DNA of 64,000 bases from Chrysomallon squamiferum (lineage: Eukaryota; Animalia; Mollusca). Below the pieces are notes generated by a model. It had not been told where the DNA came from. It worked only from the letters and a program-made list of their open reading frames with translations, and made no database searches. The position numbers and the translations under genes are program-made. Positions 1 through 12,830 of the stretch are shown piece by piece (the stretch's first letter is position 1; each line of letters begins with the position of its first letter). The stretch spans positions 18,166,001 through 18,230,000 of the forward strand of contig CM022667.1 of NCBI GenBank assembly GCA_012295275.1, in the 5' to 3' direction.

Positions 1-754
1 ATAATTTAGATTTTTTTACCTGATATCTCACAGGTTAAAAAGTTAGTTGGTTAGTGAACTATGAAACAGAGGTTGGGATCTTATTTCTTCAGGATTAGTT
101 CATTGAGGGGTGGGGCTGTCACAGTGAAAGATATGTGATACCTAACAGTCCGTGTTATTACCAAAGTCAGTGAAAAAATAAATGAAGAAAAACTTGAAAC
201 AAAAAAGAAACAAATGTTAATGGTTGCATTATGAGTCAAACACTATTGCTTGATTGCGTAGTTTCTGTAAATTAAAAGAAACCACTGTTGTCTGGAAGCT
301 ATTGGTTGCTATAAAATAATTGATTACTTAGTTTCTGAACATTGAAAAACAATCCCACTATGGTTTTAGATTTTTAAAAGCTGTATATAAACCTTCATGA
401 AAAGAGCTACCATTCTGTTTTTTAAAATTTAGCTATGATTTAAACATACAAACAAATCCTTGTTTGAACAAAAATTAAAGAATGTCTGAAGACTAAGTGT
501 GGCTGACATAACGTGTGCTAATAACATAACAGGATGAGAGGACAGACTGGAGTCAGATCTATTCACTCTGGGTAACTGATGAAATAATCTGTAATAGACA
601 AAGTTATGAAATGTCTTCAGTTTGATAACAGTCAAGTGTAGATTGAATTTCACAACATTCAGTGTCATGTTGCCATAAATATCTGATGACATCTGGTCCT
701 GAATTAGTAGAGAATAGCTAATACAAATTACAAGAAAGTTTATGTAGTATAGTA

Positions 755-965
755 GATAGTTTACAGTTTTCACCTACTTGTAAACAGTTTACATCTATTG
801 GTAGTCTGTATACATTTGCTGGTAGTATGTTAACATATATTAGTAAACAATTTACCTCTACTGGTAGACTATTTACATATACTGGTAGACTGTTTACATA
901 TACTGGTAAACAGTTTATATATACTGATAGAGAGTACATGACTGGTAGCTAATACCTATTGGTAA
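755..965. repeat. 21-bp minisatellite, about 9 degenerate copies
   Basis: Unit approximately tttacatatactggtagactg. It explains the 7-residue LPVYVNS periodicity of ORF 718..939. Confidence 0.85.
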
Positions 966-1587
966 AGAATATGTTTGTGTATGTGTGTGTGTGTTTCTTA
1001 AAATCTGCTTGAAATCAGCTCTTTAATTCCTATTCTAACCATTTATATTTGGTAAACTTGACTTTGGAGATTTGCAGTCAAATAAAATAAATTACTATTA
1101 TAACTGCAGCATTATCTCCTTGTATAATTTATAATGCTTGAGTACAAAAATGATTTTCAGCCATGGCTTGTTCTATTTGCAGTCCATCTGAGGCACTAAC
1201 AGCCAGCAAGGAAAAAATGTGTCCCATTATTAGTTCCAAAAATGTGTTGCACCTAAAATGTCAGCGGTATTGCCTTACATAAACTAAAATCAACAAGATT
1301 CTTTTGTATCAAACTGTTGATGATGTCTGACCTAAAAAAAACAAGCATGATTCATCCATTTAAGAGACAGGCTGGCTTTTTCACTTTTCACTTATAATAA
1401 TTACACCAACAAAAATGACATTTGCTATAATCAAAATAATCTGTTTAAAATTTTCCTTTTAGCCAGATAAATATTTAAAAAAAAAGATAACTAAATAAAA
1501 ATAAATAAATAAATAATTAAATAAATAATACAATATAATAATAATAACATCAAGAAAAAATACTATGAAAACTAAAAGAATGAAAAC

Positions 1588-1784
1588 TATATAGTACTGA
1601 AACATGCTGACAAGTTATATAAAATATATATATATGTACTAATGAAACATGCGACAAGTTACTTTAAAAACATTATACAGTAATGAAACACGCTGAAAAT
1701 TACTTTAGAAAGATATATAGTAATGAAACATACTGACAAGTTACTTAAAAACAATATATAGTAATGAAACATGCTGACAAGTTC
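1588..1784. repeat. About 40-bp minisatellite, 5 copies
   Basis: Recurrent tatatagtaatgaaacatgctgacaagttacttt/aaaa. Confidence 0.9.
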
Positions 1785-4426
1785 TAAAAGTGATATAAAA
1801 TGTCACAAAATCAACTGCAACAGTTGTATGAAAGAATATTTTTCACTATTCACACCTTTCAAAACTGTAGCCATTATAAAATTACAAATAATTTTCCTTA
1901 ATAATTCATTAAAACATGCATTATAAACCACAGATTATTAAGGGAACTCACACCCAATTGTCAGATATAACTTTTCATTCATGCCCAGTCCTACCAGCCA
2001 AACAACTTAAAATTCATGCATTTAAAAACTTGTATCTGAATGTCAGTTCACATGTCATCTTAACATGTTGATATTAATATTCATTCACAGTTAAATACAC
2101 ATTCCAAATGATTCTGAAAGCATAAACTGTATTATTAAAAATGAAAAAAAAGAAGAAAAAAAATGAATAATAAATAAATGAATAATAATAAGGACAGAAT
2201 AGGAATTTCTATAGGAAGTGTTAAAAAAATGTACTGTTACATTATTTCTATACAGCTTGACTTTCTGTCTGAACCTTACAGCATACAGTATAAATACAGT
2301 TTTTACATAGCTAATATTCTGCATGACTATTCATGGTGATATTTTTATACATTTTCCATGCACAGATAATTTAGCATGTTCACTTATCCTCAACACAGGG
2401 GGCTCTCAAAATATTACTAATTATAATAAATGTTTTGGATATAATTCTGTTTAAAATAATTAGTATGAAAATAGACTGCTCAGTGAAAAACCATCTTTTA
2501 TGATATTCAATACAATTCAGAGATGACATTCAGAGATGACAGCTAAAATAAAGAAACGTGACCATTCAGTTTTACCAACTTACTAACATAATTAGTTCTC
2601 AAACACTAAACTTAATGAAATTCAGACAATTTATTTCACATTTTTCTCATTTTATTTCTTAATGTATCCTTTTCTCTCTCTCATCCTCTCTCTTTCATAG
2701 TATGTATCTTACTCAAATTTGTTTTATTCTTGTTAATTATGCTCAGCTGAATGGCCTATTTACCTAACATACAGCGAGCCAGTGATGATTATGTTTTCTC
2801 TGTAGTAAAACACAATCTGGCTGACTAAGGTTTTCATAACAAGTCTGGTCCCCATGTTAGTAAACTGTTTAAGGGAAGATTACATATGTTTTCTCTGTGT
2901 CTGTCCTTAATGTTCATTGATGAAAATACACAATTCATGGAAATTGTGTGGAAATCATATATAAAGACTATCGTCAAGAGCTTTCCAATAAAACATACAT
3001 TAACACTGACAGCCATACAGTTTTTATTCAGTACAAACAAGGTTTTTTTATATGTTTGAGTATAGGCACGAATCATTATTTCCCACCGGAATCAATTACT
3101 TTCAAATTGTCAACATGGAAGTGGCAGTAAGCAGATTTAACAAATACCGTATAAAGTGAATAACAACAAAAGAATCAACAAACTTTGATTCACACTGATG
3201 TCTATGCATACAATATTTTTTTCTCAAATGTCTAGTCTGTTCAGATTTTATATTATTAAATTAACACAATATTATATTTTCCATATATTTTTATACTCAG
3301 TATTCTCTCACAGTGTATGTGTGGGTGCTAGGTACACTCTGAATGTTCAATGTGATGTATACAACAGTCTACTCTGTCTTATCCGAGTGTCACAAAGGAG
3401 TTTTACACATCCGTTAATTCTCAAATGCTATTCAAATACTCCAGAATAGGAATCATTACTTCTTCTCTAAACTGTTTTTTATTTCTTTCTTCAAAAAGTG
3501 TATTATCATTTCATTAAAGATTTTATTATTTTTTATTTGTCAAAACAAATACAGATACTACAGAATTAGTTGCATGTTCAGTCTTGTTGAACTTTCCCAT
3601 TTTGTTTTTTCGTAAGAACAAAATCTTTAATTCTGTTTTCTGTTCAACCCAATACACACAAAGTATTGTCTAAATGTCAAAACTAAATCCATTTTCATTA
3701 TGAGAAAAGAAAAACCTTTTTCAGTTGTCAGTGATTCAAAAATGAAAAACCAAGAAGTAGACATAACTAAGAGATACAAAACAGTTTCTCCAGCTTACAA
3801 AAAACTTAACACAATTTACTTAAAAATATAATTTTATTCACCTATTTAATTTTTTTTATTATTATGAGTCTTACAAAAATTAATAAAAGTTTTGTTGTTC
3901 TAAATTGTCTGATGATGTTTTTAGTTATGTATAATTTTGATCTCCAATTTAAATTTACATCATTATCAACATTACAATTAATAATACTTACAACATTAAT
4001 AACAGGTGTTAGATGGTGTGATTAGATAAAGTATACTTGTTGGTAATACTGTTTAAACATGTTAATTAATGATATACAAAACAATAAAATACTGTGTTAC
4101 TCTATCTTTTATATTAAGACAACCAAGTCTGTAATAAAGAAGCTTGACTGCACATTTTCATCTTACAAACTTTATAACATTTTAATTTGTATCTTTTCAG
4201 TTTAGCTTTTGTTTCAGGTGCATTAGGACTAAAATTCAAGGACATTTATAAACTATTTTGTGTTATTCTTATTTTTAATGGATTCTTCTTTTTTATTTTG
4301 TTTTTATTGTTTTTTTTTCCTTTTCCAATTAAATATTTTTTTATATTGTTAGACAAGTACACCAACGGATAGTTTCTTTGTACATGACAGCAAATGAATA
4401 TATATTTTCTTTTTAATTTATTTTTC

Positions 4427-4532
4427 TGTCTGATGTGAGGAGTATATATTTATTATGAGCAGACTCAGTCTAGGACGTGGCTGGGCAGTGATAAATTATT
4501 TGGTGTATTTATTTCAGTCTACACAAAAACAT
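4427..4532 (+). repeat. 106-bp dispersed repeat, copy 1 (inverted partner at 51118-51223)
   Basis: tgtctgatgtgaggagtatatatttattatgagcagactcagtctaggacgtggctgggcagtgataaattatttggtgtatttatttcagtctacacaaaaacat equals the reverse complement of 51118-51223 except for one G/A difference. Confidence 0.95.
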
Positions 4533-5511
4533 CATTGTGGGGAATCTTCCCACTGTCTGACACTCACCCAGGTGAGTCATTACTTGCATCATGAAAATGT
4601 TCATTTGTTTATACTGAGGTAACACTCTTGTACAAGCACATCTAGGCTTACATCAGACAACAATTGACAATGGTTTCATTTGCTTACAGAACCTTTACAC
4701 AGTGAATAAATGGACTGGTGCAAATTATTGTCTCATTTGCAAAATGGCACTTAATTTTTATATAAATTTTACTTTTTTAAATTAAAGATATCTATTTAAA
4801 TTCAAAAATGGAAAACAACAATAAATGTCCTGATATTATTAATCACTGGAGATACATTTTCTATTATTACAATCAATAAAACATGAAAGTTATCATGGAA
4901 CAAGGTAAAAAAAAAAAAAATTAATGGATAAACTGAAGAATGATAAATGGAAGAAAATAATTTAAGAAATATACTTGGGAGTTTCTGACTAATATTTTTA
5001 TGTGTCAGTTAAAATAGACTCAGTTTTGAATATATTAACTTCATCTGAACATGGCAATAATTTTCTTATAACAGAGGTGAAACAATGAAGAGTAGTGACA
5101 AGGGATGGAGTGGAAAAAACTTGTAACTTTTCGTTCTGATAAATCAGTCAAAAGCTGTCAAAAAAAATCCTTCATAGTTACATATTATTTTATCTAGTCT
5201 GAGTGATCTATTATCATTAATAACAAAATATGACAGTAAAAATATTACTGTGCAAAACATTAGATACTGCTGTTTTTACCTCATAATGACTGAAATTCAA
5301 ATAATAAAAACAATAAATAAATAGACTGGAATTAAAACAAAATAAAATGAACAAAACAAATAATTAAAATGAAATTTAAACAAAAACAATTAAACTGAAA
5401 TTTAAACAAACAACCAAAGAAAATATATCAATATACGGCAGGCACAGAGTTCAACCTTTGCTTTTACATGGGTACAATGAGAGAAAGGAGATACAAATAT
5501 AGTTTACTTAC

Positions 5512-5849
5512 CACACCATTACAGAGGTTGATGGCCACTGAACTGTTATTGTGATTTTTCACACGACCTGTGTACAGACACTGAAGGTCGTTTTGCAGAT
5601 CTTCTGTTTCATCAACCACCTGTACTGTCACATTGCTGAAGTTCTTCCGTCGATACACCTTGAACCCTGGTGCTAACAGTTTCTTGTTTTCTGACAGTTC
5701 CAAGTGGAAGTTCTTACCAAACCCAGAAACATTGATATGAACTACACTCTGACCAGATATATCTCTTTTCTTTCTGTTTGCAGCATCTAAGTCATGGGTG
5801 ACAAATTTTCCACTGACATCAACTAAAGAGGGAATGACTATATGAAAAT
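5512..5849 (-). CDS. ADAMTS: Internal coding exon of an ADAMTS-family metalloprotease: prodomain (Pep_M12B_propep-like)
   Basis: Minus-strand acceptor tttgtttcttttatcttttcag| before 5849 and donor GTG|GTAAGT after 5512. The exon is 338 nt, phase 1 in and phase 0 out. Translation: (D)FHIVIPSLVDVSGKFVTHDLDAANRKKRDISGQSVVHINVSGFGKNFHLELSENKKLLAPGFKVYRRKNFSNVTVQVVDETEDLQNDLQCLYTGRVKNHNNSSVAINLCNGV. It has ADAMTS prodomain hallmarks: IVIP..VD..G.F..H, furin-like RKKR, FG..FHLEL..N..LLAPGF.V, C.Y.G.V and A..LC.G. The symbol is family-level only; I cannot assign the subfamily. Confidence 0.93.
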
Positions 5850-7526
5850 CTGAAAAGATAAAAGAAACAAAAACTTTTGTTGCTATAAATAAATATTTAA
5901 TATCAACATTTTTTTTGTTACAAACCTTGGGGGTCTAACCACATATAAACGTACTGGTTAAAAAACATGAAACATGAGAAATCTAAAATTAAAATATACT
6001 GCAAATTTAAATGATGTCAATGAGCCATTCACATAAAAATTGAAAAATATTTGTAAATTTACAGTACACATTAATGTTTTAAAGGGAATTTCTGTATTTT
6101 CATAATTATTGTATATGTAATCTTTGATTGAAAATAAATAAATAATAAATAATAATAAAATGCTGCATGTACTTTATTCCTGAGGTAACTATACAGTTAT
6201 AATCAATTAATAAAAGGGGCAAGATATTTGTTTGTAAAAACTGAAATTTAAAAGAGAAAATGTGGGAACAAAACAAAAAAAAAAAAATGTATCTGAGACC
6301 TCCATGATGTGTTCCACATTTTCAAAGAAAAGTGTTTAGTTAAACAAGTAAGTTTCTATAGACAGTTGTGTTTATTTTTCATGTCTTTTATATCTGACAA
6401 GCCAGTGAATGTTCATCTTATCAACCTGTAATGTGGCCTGCAGCAAAAGTGTTAAACTTTATTTATACAATCTAACTTACTTTTAAAATTCACTATGGAG
6501 AAATAATAAAAAAATTTTTTTTTTTTAAACTGAAAAGAATGTTTTATAAATACTGTTATACCACAGTGAATACAAGAAAGTGTCAATGTAATATTTTATC
6601 ATGACCTTGGTAACTGGATTTGCTCAGTGAAATAATGAGCTCCTTTGATAGTTTTATAAGCAGCTTTCACCAAAACAACTAGTGTTATATATCTTACATT
6701 TTTTTTAAAACTTCACTACTTTTTATTTTATTTTATTTGTAAATAAACACAAACTTAATTTTACAGTATTTTTGGTGCATTTATAAATTCTTTAAAAAAT
6801 ACATGTTTTTTCCTTGTTTTTAAATTATATTTTTTATATTATTATTACATTATTATTATTATTATTATTATTTTATTATTTCTTCTCTTTTTTTTTGTAT
6901 TATTGTGGTTGCAAACACTGAAGTCAAGGGTATAAATAAGAAACTCACCACCTCTGACTTACAACTTACTTAGCTTATGACACTATAGACTATAATACAA
7001 TGTAGATTATAGATCCTTAGAATATTTTCTACTATGCTTTATTTCATTATCTTAATTAATGGAAATGAAATAATAATATGTAAGATAATGTAAATTGTAA
7101 TTTGGACTATATCCATTAGTTTGATCCATGAAAAAAATCAACATAATATACACAGAATATCAGATATTAACAAAACATAGCAGATTTAGCCTGGCCAATC
7201 TGCCATTGTCTTTGCTTAAGAAATATAACTTAACTTTATTTTTTAATTTAAAAAAAAAAAAAAAAAAAAACCGTTAATAATAATAATAACACCATTAATA
7301 ATAAGACATGAAATATAAAACATAACTCAATAATAACAATAACAATGTAAGTAATAGTACTAATAAAATTATTAGTCCATGAATCTGATGTTTAAATAAA
7401 TTATGAATACAAACAATAATAAGAAGAAATTTAACAACAATAAAAATAACAATAATGATAACAATAATGATAACAACAATAACAATACATACACGTGGCA
7501 GCACAGGTCTAGACTACTGTTATTTC

Positions 7527-7893
7527 ATAATCTACTTATACAAATGAGATATTTGTACTTATGACATATATAGATCTATTTACACTAATGAAATATTTTG
7601 ATCTACCTATACTAATGACATATTTAGATCTACTTATACTAATAAGATATGTATGCAGATGTACTATTACTGAGATAGACAGATCTACTTAAACTAATTA
7701 CCTTTAGATCTGTGTATACTAATGAGATATCTAGATCTATTTATACTAATGAGATATGTACGCAGATCTACTAATACTGAGATATACAGATCTACTTATA
7801 CTAATGAGATATGTATGCAGATCTACTAATATTGAAATAGACAGATCTACTTATACTAATGACATATTTCGATCTATTTATTTTAATGAGATT
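7527..7893. repeat. About 27-31-bp minisatellite, roughly 12 copies
   Basis: Recurrent agatctacttatactaatgagatat(gt). Confidence 0.9.
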
Positions 7894-8035
7894 CAAGCAT
7901 GCAGACCATAAAAATGTTCATATATATTTTTCCTCTAAAGTGGCTCACACGCACATGTTCAGCTAGAGAATATTTCATCAACTGTATGATTTCTCTTTGT
8001 AATGTGTCAGACATATTAATTCTCTTTATAAAATA

Positions 8036-8041
<6 letters not shown>

Positions 8042-8080
<39 letters not shown>
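8042..8080. repeat. (TA)n microsatellite
   Basis: Perfect TA run. Confidence 0.95.
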
Positions 8081-8082
<2 letters not shown>

Positions 8083-9956
8083 ATTTTTAAACCAGCACAT
8101 GATGTATTATTATTTAAAGTGTGTGTTTTAGCTTAATCTAGAAAACAGAGTAAGTTTTATTATCTGTTTACAAATGAAAATATTTTGTTTTTAGTTTTTC
8201 TAACAAAAAGAAAAATCATTTCACTGATTTCAGTAACATTTTAATAAACGAATGTATTACCTTCTGTGTCTTTTTATCAACTTTAACTGTTTTTAACTTT
8301 TTTTCTTTTTTTTTAAACTATGTAAATATTAAAATGTGTATTCATTATATTAAAGACTACATTAATGACGTCTTCCCTTGGTATAGCTTAACAAAATTAT
8401 TTTGTCTTTTTTTTTCCATTTCTTTTTTATTTATATTTTGAAAACAAACACTTATCAAAAACAGAAAAAAGCAGACATGCAAATCAATCACTGGGATAAT
8501 ATGGTTATATCAGAGAGATCTCACTTCCTAAATTTTAATATCCTCAACAACAAACAGCTTTTAATAACTAAATAACAGTAATGCCTATAGCCATACTGGG
8601 TGGTCGTAATAAAATAATAATAATAGTAATAATGTCTATAAAAAAAAAAAAAAAAAGAAATCACTGAATTTGAATTTGAAGTGCATTGCATGAAGATCAA
8701 GAAGTGGATTTTTATCACTTTAAATTTAATTTTAAATCTAATCTGAGCTGGGTCAGACAGAGATTGTAACACAACAAAATCTGTTTAAAGCATTATATAG
8801 GTAACATTACCTCTGTTGGAAATGTCAAAAAGATGCTTTCTGTCAGGTTTTAGACTCTATGCACCATTGTTTTTTGTTTTTTTTCATCTGCTATTTTTTT
8901 GATACCTGAGATTTTTATTAGCATGAAGGTACATATATAAGAACTGTATTTAAATACATATATGTACAAACATATACATATAGAAACATACACATATTCA
9001 CACAAAGTGACAATAGCACACACGTGTACATATGTATACAACTACAAACACACACATGCATTATACACACATCTAAACACATAATGCCAATTTATGCACA
9101 TAAAGACACTCATACCCACAAACAATCTGATATTTAAATAAATTATAATCATTCATTTAAATAAAACAGAAATAGACATAGTCTTGAAAATCAAGGATTA
9201 GTCATATTTAAAATAAATTATAATCACCTGACTGTAGTTTTAAAGCATGCCTGTGATATTTGTCTAAAACTTTTAACTACAGGTTTCACTAATCAATGAT
9301 CTGTCCATTAAATAAATTATATCCACTCACTGAAGTAAAAGAGAAAGCCTGTAATCTTTGCCAATATACAATGTGTGCCAACACATATGCAATTTGAACC
9401 AAGTTACTTGTTCTGCTCACTATAAATTTTCAGGTTTTATGTAGCAGCTCAAAAACAACAACACTGACTTGCTTAACATTATTAACACTTATCTTTGAAA
9501 AAGAACTTATGAAGCATTCTAAAATTTCTCTTTTTGTAGCAAGTTGGTGCCAAAATCAGATATTGGTATTTTTTACACCTGACAAAGTATACCATCCATC
9601 ACTGTATATTTAGCAGAAGTGCTGGTATGCTATTACTGCTAAAATATGAAGTGAAACTGATGAAGACAAAAATCTTAAACCATTCCAACACATTGGTTGT
9701 TGATATGGTGTAAAGAATGTGCCAATGACCAAATGGTGTGTGGCTTTTCAACTTACATCTGTGTTTGTTTTGTGTGTGAAGTTTTTGTGACTTTTTTCTC
9801 ACCTGGTAGGTAATTAGTAAATAAACAAATGTTTTTGTGTTGTTAATTCTGAGACCACACATGAAAATGGCTACTACTGAATATTTAAACATAATATACC
9901 ATGTGTTTGCAATTAATAACTTTAAAAATAATAACCAACAGTAAAAATAACAAGTA

Positions 9957-10071
9957 AATAATAATAATAATAATAACAATTATAATAATAATAATAACAA
10001 TAATAATAATAATAATAATATAATAATAATAAATAATATTATTAATAATAAATATAATAATAATAATAAAT
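9957..10071. repeat. Imperfect (AAT)n microsatellite
   Basis: AAT/AAC triplets. Confidence 0.9.
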
Positions 10072-10224
10072 GACAATGATAAAACAATGTTGTTATCTTA
10101 AGGCTCTTTTAGTATATAAATATTTAAACTGTTTCATACTGCTGAAGAGCAAGTTTCAATTTATTACAGAAGAATATTGTATCTATGCTTAATTAACATT
10201 GATAAATAATCAAACATTAAAATA

Positions 10225-11666
10225 TAATCTAACAAAAAAGAAATGCTAAAGTAGATTTTATTGTTATTGCGAATATCTATCTAATGGATCAACAGAAAGC
10301 AGCAGAATGTTCACATTTTACACACACTTTCGCAATTCATTAATATTGATGGTATTACATTGAAAAGGTGAAAGTTGAAGGTTATAACAGTATAATACCT
10401 TGTGTGCTCACCATGGGAGTCCAGAACTGCCTAACATCTCCTTCCCATGGCAGTAATGACATTACGAATTACACCTTGTGGAATGGTGGCCCACTCTGTC
10501 TGTAGTAATAATGCCAACTGCGCACGATTCTGTGGCTGTGGTTGATGCTGCCTCTGTCGTCTGTCGAACTCGTCCCATAGGTTTCAAATCCAGAGATTTA
10601 GAAGACCAGGGGAGGACCTGAATGTTATTGTTTTGTAGGTACATTGTTGTGAGTCTGGCTGTATGTGGTCTTGCATTGTCGTACTGGAATACAGCATTAC
10701 CATTATTTATAATTGGAGTGACATGTGGCTGCAAACTTTCATCTCAGTATCTCTGTGCTGTTAAGTTGCCTTGGATGTTAACCAGGTTGGTCCTGCCAGT
10801 ATATGAGATTGCTGCCCACACCATCACACTACCACCGCCAAACCTGTCCACTTCCTGTATACACTTTGCAGCAAAACATTCACCTCTATGTCTGTAAACT
10901 CTTCCATCAGCTCGACAAAGCAGAAATCGAGCCTCGTCACTAAACCAGACAGTTCTCCATTGTAATCGAGGCCAGACACGGTGCACTTGACACCACTGAT
11001 GTTGTAGTCCACGACGTTGTTGAGTCAAAACCACTCTTCTTACAGGCCATCTGGCTCGAATACCTGCCTTGTGTAAACAATTGCGCACTGTCTGAGCTAT
11101 TCTGCACAGACCTGGTATTGCTGAAGCAGTAGAGGTTGCCATGGTAGTTCTTTCCTGTAGATGAAGTACCCATATATAGCAGTCCTGGGCCCTGTTGGTT
11201 ACACATCATCTACCTGATCTGGGACGGTTACGTATTGTTTGGTATTGCTGGAACCAGTACCACAATCTCAAGATGGTGCTTGGAGATACATGGAACACCC
11301 GGGCCACGGCCAAGGATTCACCAGCTTGTAAACGGCCAATGGCGTTGTTTTGTTGTGGTTCACTCAGTCGTGGCATTTGTTTGATGTTGGGTCAGAACAA
11401 AAATAATGAACAGAAGTATTCAAAAACCTTGCATTTTTATAACCTTTGTATTCAAATTTCAAATGCACTGGTAATGTGGTTTGCATGCAGGGAGATTTTG
11501 GCTAATAAACACGATCATAGCCTTTATTTTGTGATACCTGCTTTTTGGCGACTGTAACAAAAGCTATACGTTTGAATCACCAAATGTCAATATACTCATA
11601 GTTTGTATCAGTTTACAATAGTTATCTAAGAAATGAACCATTTTGCATTTCTTTTTTGGGTGAGTA
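10225..11666 (-). mobile_element. Tc1/mariner DNA transposon (Tc1, DD34E class), full-length but inactive
   Basis: 26-bp imperfect TIRs: left TAATCTAACAAAAAAGAAATGCTAAA (10225-10250) versus the reverse complement of the right end TACTCACCCAAAAAAGAAATGCAAAA (11641-11666), 21/26 identical. TA flanks both ends (10223-10224 and 11667-11668). The 1,442-bp element encloses a transposase pseudogene. Confidence 0.92.
10392..11376 (-). pseudogene. Degraded Tc1 transposase
   Basis: Starts MPRLSEPQQNNAIGRLQAGES..VARVFHVSPSTILRLW...RPRSGR (HTH plus GRPR-like linker). It continues QTVRNCLHKAGIRAR, WRTVWFSDEARF (first D), FGGGSVMVWAAIS, FQYDNARPHTAR (second D) and WSSKSLDLKP, then a frameshifting deletion removes the expected IEHL (catalytic E, 34 residues after the second D). 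It resumes WDEFDRR...EWATIPQ...RRC*AVLDSHGEHTRY. Several stops and frameshifts are present. Confidence 0.93.
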
Positions 11667-12494
11667 TAATATTTGATTTTTTTCTGTTAAACCTGATTTA
11701 TGCAGTACAAATAATATGTTTAATAATTTAATTATTAACTTATTTTCATAGGTTTTAGAAACCTATATTATATGCAAAAATGATAAATCTGATTAAAATC
11801 AAATACTTGTACATACTATGTAATTCTGCTGAACATAATTCTGCTGAACAATAATAATCAGAAATGATCTTTGTGAACATCCCAAAAAATGATACAATAA
11901 TAAATAAATAAATATATAAATAAAATGACCACTGTGTTTAGCTTCAGGATTTACTCAGAAAGACATCTAGTCCCACATTAGTACCTAATTTTATTGTGTG
12001 AAAATTGTCCAGGCCTAGACAAAGGGAAATATGAAGAGATGAAGGAAAACCAGTAATACTATGTTAACATACTATGTGAGAAACTTTATCACACAGCTAG
12101 CTAATGATATTGGTCATTTCTGTGAGGATTAACAAGGTTTTACTGTTAAAAGGTGGGTGCCATTACACTCAGAAGCAAAATAATACTCAGCTAGCCTCAC
12201 TGCTAGGTAATGTATAGTTTTATCAGAAACTTTTATTCTGGACTGTCTATCTATTTATATATTTATACATACATAGATAAATATAAATATAACAAATACA
12301 TAGATAGAGACAGAACGACTGTCTATGGTAAGTTATCTGATCAATAACAAACTGAATGACAACATATCTAAACTGTTTTCATTATTTAAATGAAAGGTTA
12401 AGAGATGAAAATAAACACAAATTTTACTGTTATAGCGTCACTGATTGCCACTTATCTAAGAAAGACTTATGTTCAGTTTGATTTTGTTTCTTTA

Positions 12495-12830
12495 TAGTCT
12501 ATAAAACTGACTAGAGTTTTTGTTAGGTTATACTCTATAACCTAGTAGATTCAATTGTTAGATTACACTATAAAACTGAGTAGATTCAATTTGTTAGATT
12601 ACTCTGTAAAAATGTGTAAATTCAGTTTGCAATACAAAATTCTGGGCTACAAACATAGGTAGGCTGAATTCATTATATTTTACTCTATAAAACTGAGTAG
12701 ATTGAATTTGTTATGTTGTACTTAATAATACTGAGTAGATTGAATTTGTTATATTGTACTTAATAATACTGAGTAGATTGAATTTGTCAGATCATACTCC
12801 ATAAAAAAGGATAGTCTGAATTCAATATAT
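12495..12830. repeat. Degenerate minisatellite, about 35-40 bp
   Basis: Recurrent tactctataaaactgagtagattgaatttgtta. Confidence 0.8.

Noticed and set aside
1-5511. Next ADAMTS exon (expected G.I......YFIEP motif)
   Set aside because: I found no minus-strand frame with this motif. It is presumably left of the window, although a small exon could have been missed by eye.
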